DNA from: Vicugna vicugna
Lineage: Eukaryota
Assembly: GCA_013265495.1 (NCBI GenBank)
Contig: MU057989.1
Span: forward strand, 1,877,513 to 1,941,512
DNA length: 64,000 bases
Reading direction: 5' to 3'
This document shows, piece by piece, positions 54,046 through 64,000 of this stretch. Numbering within the stretch: the stretch's first letter is position 1; every line of letters begins with the position of its first letter. The notes beneath the pieces are model-generated. The model saw nothing but the letters and a program-made list of their open reading frames with translations. It was not told the origin of the DNA and made no database searches. The translations under genes were made by a program, and so were the position numbers.

Positions 54046-55986
54046 TAACAAGGGAAATCCTTGTTTTTTTAAATTGATGAAAGAAATATACATATCAGTG
54101 CTGAGCCCCTCCCCATAGAGGCATAAAAGTTGAGTATGCCACTCTCTTTGGCTTAACTCTCAAAATCCTTCTCAACATAGAACTGCACAAAGCTACCATT
54201 CACCCCAAATCATTTATAACTGGAATAAGAAAGTCTATTGGTTACCTCTGGTCTTAAACAGGGGCTATTAACATCCCAAGTGTGGTACTAGTACTTGGGG
54301 TGGGTAATGGTAGTAAAAATGTACAACTAAGTCCATTTTTCACTCTACTTAAGTCAGCTATGTAGAAAAGCTTATAATAAAGCAAGACTTCACATCTGAC
54401 CACTTAATATGGGCCAGGCACCGTTCCAAACAATTTGCATGTATTTTTTTACTTAAACATACAGCAACTGGATGAAGTTGGTATTATAATTTCTATTTCA
54501 CAGAAAAGAAACTGAGGTTTAGATACACTGTTCCATGTCCAACGTCACTTAGCTAGTATGCAGTGGACCTGGATTAAAATTCAGAATATCTAACAATTTC
54601 TTTAATAGGCAACATTCTCCACGAAGTGCATATGTGATACAACACAATAAACAGGCTCAGAAAGCTTTTCACTTTTGTCATGAAAGGCAAAAAATAGTTT
54701 GCAAAAAAAGCATTATTCTTTAGGTTAGTATAAAATTTCTCTTTCTGCCTCTGACTTCATTACTGGCAGATGGTAAGACTGAATCACAGCAGGACAATCC
54801 CTGCATTCTGTAGTCTTATGGGAAGTCCAACCTTTTAAGCCAAAGCTAATCTTTCTGAGGCCACACAGAAATACTTGATACTCCACTCCATCAAATTACC
54901 TTAAAAATGAGACTTTGATTTTTAAGATAGAATTATCATTTACTAAAGTCATCCATAAGGGTTATTAAAATATCTCTGACATCTATTTATTTAAAGAGAA
55001 AACTTAAGTCACAGTGTGTTGGTATAAAAATAGGAATGCGCGTTTCAATGAGACTTCCTTCGTCTCTGACAGAACTACATTACTTACACTATTTAATAAC
55101 CAGCTTGTTCAACAGTGCTTTTTTGCTCATTAGATTTTTAAAATTATTATTATTGGAGGGTAGCACCCAGTCTTTACGGTTTTAAAAATGCATAATAAGC
55201 AAAGTATAACTTTTTGGGTAATCCTATAGTCTCTCTCCAAAAGAATTTCTGTTAACAGGTTGTATTTCTCCACCGTTATGAGATGATGGTTATTTTAAAA
55301 AGTATTTCAGTACATAAGTATGTGATTTATTAACAATTTTCACAAAGCACAGTTAACATTTCAATTATTGTTCATTCTTAAGTAAAATGCAGGAGGAAAG
55401 CCACAGACGTGCATCATTTACAAGGTAGCATCTATCATGATAGCGGTCTTGCTTTAAAGTATAGCCGTTCAATCGCTACCTATTAAGTGCAAAAAAAGCT
55501 GTCGGGTCCTAAGCACAAAAATGGGGAATAAACATCCAGTAGAAATACAGAATGCAATAAAAAGTAGCATCATTCTTCAAAAGGGCTTCCCGAAACCTCG
55601 AGAAAAACACAACGGTCATTTAATAAACGGTTACTAGTAATGCTAATTCACTCCAGCAAAGCAATAAGCTAGTAAAGAGCAAACGGCCACAATGAAATAA
55701 GGTATCTTCTAGCATTCTCACAATTTGCCCCTTTCCCAAGGGATCTCCCTCCCCCTCCCCCCAGTAACTTTTGTCAGCAGCACCACAATCTGGGGTCCAC
55801 AGAGCAGCCTAGTCCGGAGTTCTGGCCCGGGCCCGCCTGACCTGCAAACACGACTCAGGCTAAGACCACAGGAGTAGGATTCTCACCACCTCTAAGGTAG
55901 TAGAGAGGATGCCCACATCAGGCGCTGGGAGGGGGAGGATGCTGGCAGCTTGCGTCCCACGCCAAGCCCCACTCCGCGCTGCTCAC

Positions 55987-56203
55987 CGATCGTGTCCACG
56001 CGGTGCGTGAGCAGCAGCGTCCGCGAGCCGCACCGGGCGGCGGCGGCAGCGGCCTCGGTCCCAGCGTGTCCTCCGCCGATGACCACCACGTCGAAGTGCG
56101 GAGTCCCGGGCGCCGCGCGGTCACCGCTGAACCGGGCGGACGGAAGGTGCTGTTTGCTGAGGGAAGCCGCGACCCGGCGACCGCAGCCTTGGAGGGAGAA
56201 CAT
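55987..56203 (-). CDS. MTO1: MTO1 exon 1 (mitochondrial presequence and FAD-binding motif)
   Basis: [14 protein letters not shown]...[21 protein letters not shown]...VDTI-G|gtgag. Confidence 0.96.
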
Positions 56204-56279
56204 GGTCGGAGAAACGAGAGTCAGCCTAACTCTGAACCTGATGCGAGCGAGGCGCCAAGTTAGGGGACGAACGTCGTCA

Positions 56280-56400
56280 GGGCGCAGCCATCTTGCTCTG
56301 ACGTCACGGCGTAACACGTCTACGTCCGGCGTCGCTGCTGATTGGCAGTTTGGCGCGACTTGAGCGGCGAAGTGAGACCCGGTTAAGGGTGCAGGGGGCC
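56280..56400 (-). promoter_or_regulatory. MTO1: MTO1 TATA-less CpG-island promoter (island ~55800-56450)
   Basis: YY1 GCCATCTT 56287-56294, perfect CRE TGACGTCA 56299-56306, CCAAT (ATTGG) 56341-56345, E2F TTTGGCGCG 56349-56357; motif matches only. Confidence 0.75.
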
Positions 56401-57799
56401 CGGAGACGTGTACCTCGTTTCTTGGTGGGCGCAGAGTGTGTGATTACCTTATGACTCCGCACTGAGGGGTTTCAACTCCGACATCTTTTGTCCTTTTCAG
56501 CGAGTTGCTGCTCTAGTCGCCACGTAGCCACTTACAAACCATAATTTTGATTGCTTTATCAGATTCTTTGTTTTCTGGTGCACTGTCTTCTGCTTATAAA
56601 GACTAGAGTCTGAATAAGGATAGATTTGAAAGGAGTTTAGGTGCGTTTGTGGATCAGAGATTCGTGATGACTAATTAGGGGACTCAAACGGCTGTAGGTT
56701 AAACGTCCAGACTTTTGGAATTGGTATTTTTAAAACTTTCTTTAGGAACGAAACCTTTGACTGGTTGGATAATGAAACAACCAATGTGGCAGTTTTATTC
56801 TGATTATTAAAATCTATCGAATACATAATTTTTGTCTTATTACATTAATAATAAGCGTTCTTGACACACAACTGAAAGCTTACAGAAATACAAAACTCCA
56901 AGAGTCATAGAACCATAACTTCCAGCTCAACTTACAATCCTCACCTCCAGTTGTCAGCATTTCGATGTTAATGCCTCCTAGTTCTTTTATACTGTTACTA
57001 TTATTTCGCACTTACGATACTGTGCTTATATTGTTTTTCAGTTTGCTTCTTTTAAAAACAATTATTTTTTACTATCTCCAAGCCAGTGTATATGAATCTA
57101 TCTTACTTTTTAGTGTTATAGTCAATTGTGTATGTGATCCATAGTTTAATAAACTCCAATTACTGAGCATTTGGATTGTTTCTAATTTTTTGATATTATG
57201 ATCATCCTTGTACATATATCTTTTAAAATTTATGGGACTCTTACCATACGTGAAAATACTGTGTAAAAGGACTCCACAATGTTTAAATTTTTGATAACTG
57301 CTAAATAAACTTTATAAAAACTTTGTGTCAGGTTGCATTAACAGTGTAAGATTATTTCATCACACTACAGCCAGCACTGGATTTTAATTTCTAACAACAG
57401 GTATATTTTCAATATTTTTAATGAAAATGTGATCATACTGTCTATACACACTGTCTTGTAATCTATTTTTTCTCTTAATAGTTTATCATGGACATTTTTC
57501 TATGCCAACAAATACAGATTTATGTCATTTTCAAGTGCTACACAATGTACTGTTTTATTAATATATATTTAAAAATCAATAGCTTGAGCCTTTGATTAGA
57601 TAGTCACAGGCATACCTTTTCAATTTCACTATTCCCTTAACATGGTGTGTATTTAAATGAGACCCTTCTGTTTCCTGCAGAGATGCTAATCACAGACCCA
57701 AAGATAAGGTGTTTAGGCAGGGATAGGTACATGATTAACTGGATTTCTGCTGTAAAAGAAGATTAAGCTCTCTATGCTGAAGTGAGTCTGTTCCCTTTT

Positions 57800-58360
57800 G
57801 TGTTGGAATCCTCAAGACCATCCTCAGGTTTAATGATAAGTTAGAAGGACTCACAGAGCTCAGAAAAGCTGTTCTCTTCACGTTACTGGTTTAGTACAGT
57901 GAAAGCATACAGATTTAAGTTCAGCAAAGGCAAAAGGCACATAGGACAGAGCCCATGAGAGACCAGGCACGAGCTTCCATTGTCTCTGCCACTGGAGTCA
58001 TATGAACAGTGCTTAGTTTTCCTAGCAATGATGTGTGACACATTGTCACAGAACCAAGTATTGCCAACCAGGGAGGCTCACCCTTGCTTTGGTAGGATTG
58101 GTATCCAGGACTTTTACTGGGAGTCTCATGACTCCATGCTGCATGACTGACCCACCTAGTTACTTAGTCTCCAGCCCCTCCAGGAGTCAGACTGATACAC
58201 CATGGTTCACCATAAATCACATTATTAGTATAAACTCTCTAGCCTGGTCCAAAGCCCCAGGTATGTACAAAGATACTTCGATCAGGCCAGATATTCTGAG
58301 GGCTTAGAAGTTATCTTGCATGAATCAGGGGCCAGTCCTTTCTTTGGAATGTGTAGAGTT
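57800..58360. mobile_element. MER21-like LTR element
   Basis: AGAAGGACTCACAGAGCTCAGAAAAGCTGTT..GCACGAGCTTCC..CTCCAGCCCCTCCAGGAG, related to the copies at 2300 and 5180. Confidence 0.55.
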
Positions 58361-58484
58361 TGAACACCCGAGGTATTCACCCTTTTTTGAGTTAAGAGAA
58401 TCCTCATTGATCTTAAACTGTAATGTTCATATTATTTTTTTTAATCTTTTTTAAAAAGTGACTTTATTTTATTTTAAAAAATTT

Positions 58485-58605
58485 GGGGGGAGGTAATTAG
58501 GTTTGTTTATTTGTTTGTTTGTTTAAATGGAGGTACTGAGGATTGAACATAGGACCTCATGCATGCTTAGCACGCACTCTACCACTGAGCTGTATTCCCC
58601 CACCC
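58485..58605 (-). mobile_element. tRNA-derived SINE
   Basis: Same family; TGTTTCATATT/TGTTCATATT flanks. Confidence 0.9.
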
Positions 58606-60073
58606 TGTTTCATATTCTTAATCTTTACCTCAAGCTTGATTTTTATGTTAAGAGATATCTTCCAAAATCACATGATACATTGAGACATGGTGTCAAGGTC
58701 CTTGGATTGTAAAAGCCTTTTTTACCACCATGATTATAGAAAAGGGTATTAAGAAGAAGAAGAGAGTCCATGGCACCAGAAAATATTTTAGCCATACAAG
58801 TGATATTTTTAAAAAGCAGGTAATTTTTATTTCTTTGATAAGTATGTAAGTTTAAAAAGCTAAAACTCTAATCTGTTCTTAGAAACAACGATCAGTACAT
58901 ATATATAAACTAAAAAAAGTGAAGTATACTGTATATATGTATTTACATGCAATATAATGTGTATGTGCAGTTGAACTGTAATAATTGTACCTAATAAAAC
59001 TGAAAAAGGAGAAAACATGAAGAGTAAGGAGTTAAGATAAATTAAAAAAATTTTGGAAACTTTCCTTCCTTCTCTGTGATCTGGGACAATTTAAACAGGG
59101 GTTTCTACTTCTTTGAAGACTTTTTGTAATGTCCCTCCTCTCTTGTCACTGTTAAGAGAGTTCTAATGTTTATTAATGTGGTTTGGTAACTTATTTGACA
59201 TAGAATATAAATATTATTATATAGTTACATAAAATATATTTTATTTTATATTTGATTGTACTTAATAAATACTTACAATTTTTAAGAAAGCAGATAATTT
59301 AATTGTTAAAGAATTTCCTTCTAGTCCATACTTAGTTTCCATTCTATTAATTACTGATATAGTTATTCTGTAGTACAATTTTTCTAATAACTATAGATAG
59401 ATAGATATAATAAACAGTTATTCTAATCTATTAGTTAGTGAATAATGTGAAAAGTAGAAAATCAGATCTCTGCTTTTGAGAGGCACATAGTTTCATGAAC
59501 AAGTTAGGCAGGGTATAAGCAATAGGAGGAAAAAATGGCCAGTTATCAGTTGGTCAATTTTACTTCCATTTTGGAGGAAAGTTGGACTTAAAATGAATAA
59601 TCTCAGTCCTTGTTCTCAAAGAGTTCCCAGACTAGTGGCTGGGACACACACAGTTATGAGGAAATGAATTAAGTGCTTGAACAAAGCCACAGTGAGCTGC
59701 ACTTACAGGGAGCAGGAAGGGAGTGACCCTGGCCATGGCAGATGACAGGGAACACTTTCTTCTTAAAAGAACTGACTTATGAAATGGACTTGAAATAACT
59801 GATCATAAGAGGAAAGAAAAGTGATTGAAGAGTCCTTATTATCTGGCCTCTAAATACCTTCATTAGTCTCTTTTCTTTTATACTTGCTCTTCCCTCAGCC
59901 TGTAATACCTTTTCCTTCTTTCCTTGCCCTGTACTCCCATCTCCCCACGAACTTTATGGTATTTCATGCTTCAAAAGAGAAGACTGTCATTCAACGCAAA
60001 AGGAGCAGTTACACATAGGCAAGAAGATGGATGTACTATACATTAATGCTTTCCCCCTTCACAGCCATTTCTT

Positions 60074-60630
60074 TTCTTTTTCTTTTTTAGGTAACACTGG
60101 CTTATAACAAAAGTTTCACACATACCACATCATACTTTGACTTCTGTATACACTACAGGGTGCTCACATCATCAGAAATTTGGTTCCCATCTGTCACATA
60201 CAGTTGCCCACCTTTACCTATTTCTCCCTCCCCACGACTCTCCTCTCCCTCTTGTAACCAATATTCTGCTCTCTGTATCTTTGTGTTTTTGTTTGGTTTG
60301 GTTTGTTCATTTATTTTTTTTAATTCCACATATGAGTAAAATCATGTGATATCTGTCTTTCTCCATCTGACCTATTTCATTTAGCATAATATCCTCATGA
60401 TCCATCCATGTTGTTGTAAATATTTTTATGGCTGAGTAGTATTCCGTTGTATATATCAACCACATCTTCTTTATTTATTCATCCGTCATTGGGCACTTAG
60501 GTTGTTTCCATTTCTTGGGTATTTCAAATGATGCTGTGATGAACCTAGGGGTGCATGTGTCTTTTTGAATTAATGTTTTCATGTTCATCAGATAAATATG
60601 CAGATGTGGACTAGCTGGATCAGATGGTAG
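60074..60630 (-). mobile_element. L1 3' fragment A
   Basis: ATTTCATTTAGCATAATATCCTC..TCCATCCATGTTGTTG..GGGCACTTAGGTTGTTTCCAT. Confidence 0.88.
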
Positions 60631-60643
60631 TTCACAGCCATTT

Positions 60644-61163
60644 TTAAAAATTGAAGTATAGTTGATTTATAATGTTGTTAGTTTCAGGTGTACAGCCAAG
60701 TTATATGTATATATTTTCAGATTATTTTCCATTATAGGTTATTAAAAGATATTGAATATAACCTTGTTATACTGTGTTAGACTGTAGGACCTTATTGCTT
60801 ACATTATTATTCTATACATAGCAGTGTGTTATCTTTCAATCCCAAACTTCTAATTTATCCCCCACACCTTCCTCCTTTGGTAACCACAAGTTTGTTTTCT
60901 ATGTCTGTGGGTCTGCTTCTGTTTTGTGAATAGATTCATTTATATTATTTTTAGATTCCACAGATAAGTGATATCATATGATAACTGTCTTTCTCTGTCT
61001 GACTGACCTCACTTAGTATGATAATCTCTAGGCCCATCTATGTCACTGCAAATGGCATTATTTCATTCTTTTTATGACTGAGTAGTATTCCATTGTATAA
61101 ATATACCACAACTTCCTTATGCAGTCGTCTGTGGATGGACATTTAGATTGCTTCCATGTCTTG
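60644..61163 (-). mobile_element. L1 3' fragment B (different 3' UTR)
   Basis: AATTGAAGTATAGTTGATTTA..GGTAACCACAAGTTTGTTTTCTATGTCTGTG..GATGGACATTTAGATTGCTTCCATGTCTTG. Confidence 0.88.
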
Positions 61164-61634
61164 TTCACAGCCATTTCTTGATGCACTTTCTTCACTTGTC
61201 TTCTAAGACATCAGGATTTTCTGGGTTTCCTCCTATTTCTCTGGCTACTCTTTCTCAGTCTGTTTTGCTGGTTTCTCCCCCTTGAGCACTGAGCCCAAGG
61301 GCACAACCAAACCAATCCCCAAATCCCATTTTTAGGGATCTATCTCCTGGGACCACTCCCAATTCCAATTCTGTAGCAGTCTGGTTCTAAACAGGAGATA
61401 TAAATCACACAGTCGATTAAACAGGAGACATTTAATATAATAATAATTAACTATAATGAAAGAATAACTATAAGACACAAGGCTAGGGCTGAGAGAGAGT
61501 CACCAAGAAAGAATAGTCAGAAGACGTTCTGCTCTCAAATGCAAGAGGCCTTCAGAGAGCAAGGGCTACTCAATATAGGGGGTTGTGGAGGGATGAGCTG
61601 CCTGGCATGGGACCCTCTGGACCACGGGCAGCTG

Positions 61635-62123
61635 TGTTGCTGAAACACAGCCTCTGTACTTCACTTATCAAGCTGAGACTTGAGGACAAGAGTTTTGGAT
61701 GAAGGAGAAAAGGACACTATTACTTTGCCAGGGAAAGGAGGTCACAGTGGGCTAATGTCTCTAAGACTGTGAACCAATTGGGGAGAGAAGGCAGGGGGTT
61801 TTACAATGAAAGTTCAAGAGTTCAAGGGGCAGAGTGGGTTTCCATAGAGATTGCATACAGGGTAACAAATTGTTGCAAAGTTGTTCTTGTTTTTGCAGAT
61901 GCAGTGGTCCCCTTCCCTCTGCTGGGTGTGAAGTTCACCTCTGGCTTTTGGACTTTTAATGTCCTTGTACCTAGAACAAAGGATGCACAGGAAGGGGCTC
62001 TGTGGAAAAAAGCTCTAGAGAAAAACTTGTGTAGTTAAGAGTCGGGTTGATAATGCTTTTAGCCCTTTAAGCAGGCTGAGGCCTGGGACCTCCTGCTGTA
62101 TGCTGAGTTCTGCAGCTGCAACA
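61635..62123. mobile_element. Possible solo LTR
   Basis: TGTTGC...GCAACA termini with GCTG/GCAG flanks; not assigned to a family. Confidence 0.35.
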
Positions 62124-62210
62124 GCAGGATACAAGGAACACAAAGGGTCAAAAACAACTGCAGATGTGCAGTTGGGGTGAATTATGAACAACAAGATGCA
62201 CAAATACAAC

Positions 62211-62283
62211 AGCAGGGCACTGGGGGCAAGAGCCGGGCACTGGGGTCAGGAGCAGAGAACTGGGGACAAGAGCAGGGCACTGA
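62211..62283 (+). repeat. 20-bp minisatellite, about 3.6 copies (AGCAGGGCACTGGGGNCAAG)
   Basis: Direct reading. Confidence 0.85.
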
Positions 62284-62514
62284 GCATGACCCCTGCACAC
62301 AGCCCCACAAGGGGGTTGGGCAGACCACCCAAGCCTCTTCAGAAAGAGCATGAGAAAAACCCTTTAAAACATTGTATAGTTAAGCAGTTACAAAGAACAC
62401 TAACGATACCAGATGGTCACCGATGATGACAGTAGGGATCCTGCTCCGTTACAGCTGCACACAGGCCAGGCAGCAATCTTTTTTTTTTTTAAGGATACCT
62501 TTTTTATTTATTTT

Positions 62515-62626
62515 TTGGTGGAGTGGTAACTAGATTTTTTTTTTTTAAATGGAGGTACTGGGGATTGAACCCAGGACCTCATGCATGCTAAGCGCACACT
62601 CTACAACTGAGCTACACCCTCCCCCC
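62515..62626 (-). mobile_element. tRNA-derived SINE
   Basis: Same family; CCAGGCAG(C/G)AATCTT on both flanks. Confidence 0.92.
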
Positions 62627-63379
62627 AGGCAGGAATCTTGGTCTCCTTGCTTCATATGCTGTAGATGGCTTATGGCCAGGCCAAGGCTGCGAGGTCCCAG
62701 AGGATCACTTGGCCAGCCTGTGGCTGGGGTAGTCTTTGCTGGATGTTCTCACACCCACAAGTCTGACTTCCCCCGTCAGTCCCCTTCCACTTCCTCTACT
62801 ATGTTGGAAATCGCAGGAAACCTCTTCCTCCTGTGATGTTCCATCAGCAACTTCTACTGAGAAAAGTTAACATAGTGGGCACTTTAAAAGAGAAATGCTT
62901 AAAGGAATTCTGTTGTTTACCAGAGAGCATATATTGAAGGGTGCGTTTGGAGCTGAGAGGCAGTAAGTTAGCAACAGGCACAGCACCTCAAAGTTCACAA
63001 GCTCCAGCCACACTTGACGTTGTGTGAACAGCTAGGCATAGTCCCACCTTAGGTCCTTTGCATTAACTTTTCTTTTTCTGGAACATTGTCCGCCTGGGTA
63101 TCCCCTCCTTTGAGTCCTGGGTCAAACGTCACTCTCCCACTATTTTAGTATTGTGCCATTCCTTGTTCCTGGTCCCGTTTGCATGATTTTTTCCCTTTTT
63201 CAATGCAGCTTATCACCTTCTACTATATGGGATAATTTATATATGTATTATGTTTATTGTCTGTTTCACTCTGCCACAATGTAAGGTCCAGGAGGGCAAG
63301 AATAAACAAAGATCAGTATATCCCAAGAGCCTAGAATAGAGCTTGGCACACAGTATTTGTGACAAATATCCAAAAAAGA

Positions 63380-63466
63380 ATTTTTTAATGGAGGAACTGG
63401 GGATTGAACCCAGGATCTCGTGCATGCTAAGCATGTGCTCTACCGCTGAGCTCTAACCCTCCCCCT
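63380..63466 (-). mobile_element. tRNA-derived SINE
   Basis: Same family; TGACAAATA on both flanks. Confidence 0.9.
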
Positions 63467-64000
63467 ATGACAAATACTGAGTGACTAAGTGAATGACTGA
63501 GACAAACGTGAGATATAAAGGATAAGAAGTAAAATCAACTAGGTAAGCTATATACCCACAAACAGATCTCTTGGTTTTTCCTGCTAGATAAAGTCCAAAC
63601 TCCATATGAAGATTTAACTAAAAAGTCACTCCTTCTATGATTTGGACACTGATGGCGGCTGCAAGATTGGGCAAAGACCACGTTCTCCTCTTGTGACAGG
63701 TCAGCAGCTGAGGTATTTGATTCTGGCCCGGTGGAGTGTTGCTCGCATGTTTTTGGTTAAGCTGACACCAGTGTACTTACAAGACTTTGGAAACAGCTGG
63801 AAGACAGCATTAAGCCAGCTGTAGTCATTTACAGGATTCCATGACAAGCACTGGGGCCCTTGGAGGACAAAAACAGAACTATAAAGCAGAGGTCTTCAGA
63901 CTGGAACAGGCATACTCCTGTGCATCCTGAAAGATGGCCCAAGGGCACCTGCAGTTGTAAGGAGATGGCTTTCCACATTTCAACTTCCAGCTTCAGCTTT

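Noticed and set aside
56204..56317. In-frame 38-codon N-terminal extension of MTO1
   Set aside because: It starts at a non-ATG codon within promoter motifs, and the ATG at 56203 already gives the expected 692 aa with a presequence.
56400..64000. CGAS, which I recall lying head-to-head with MTO1 in human
   Set aside because: No CpG island or CGAS-like coding sequence is visible; if syntenic, it begins beyond the window.

Overview
Mammalian genomic DNA, most likely from a camelid. That call rests on about 20 copies of a tRNA-Ala-derived SINE resembling the camelid Vic-1 type and is an inference. Two complete, convergent, spliced genes are present. EEF1A1 (+) has a TATA/5'TOP promoter at ~17571-17601 and 8 exons; its CDS (18300-20466) gives 462 aa. 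MTO1 (-) has 12 coding exons (56203-34191) giving 692 aa. I resolved every exon boundary as GT-AG with consistent phase. The rest is SINEs, L1 fragments, LTR and DNA-transposon remnants and microsatellites, and most ORF-track entries are spurious. I see no convincing new biological system. The best leads are: (1) an inverted SINE pair around MTO1 exons 2-3, whose 318-nt circle would be a stop-free ORF; (2) an apparent Leu229Pro change in the near-invariant eEF1A1; (3) a perfect 33-bp direct repeat on both sides of MTO1 exon 4; (4) a strong-context 4-codon uORF before MTO1; (5) two sites where retroelements inserted twice into the same target. Comparisons with human sequence are from memory and need alignment.
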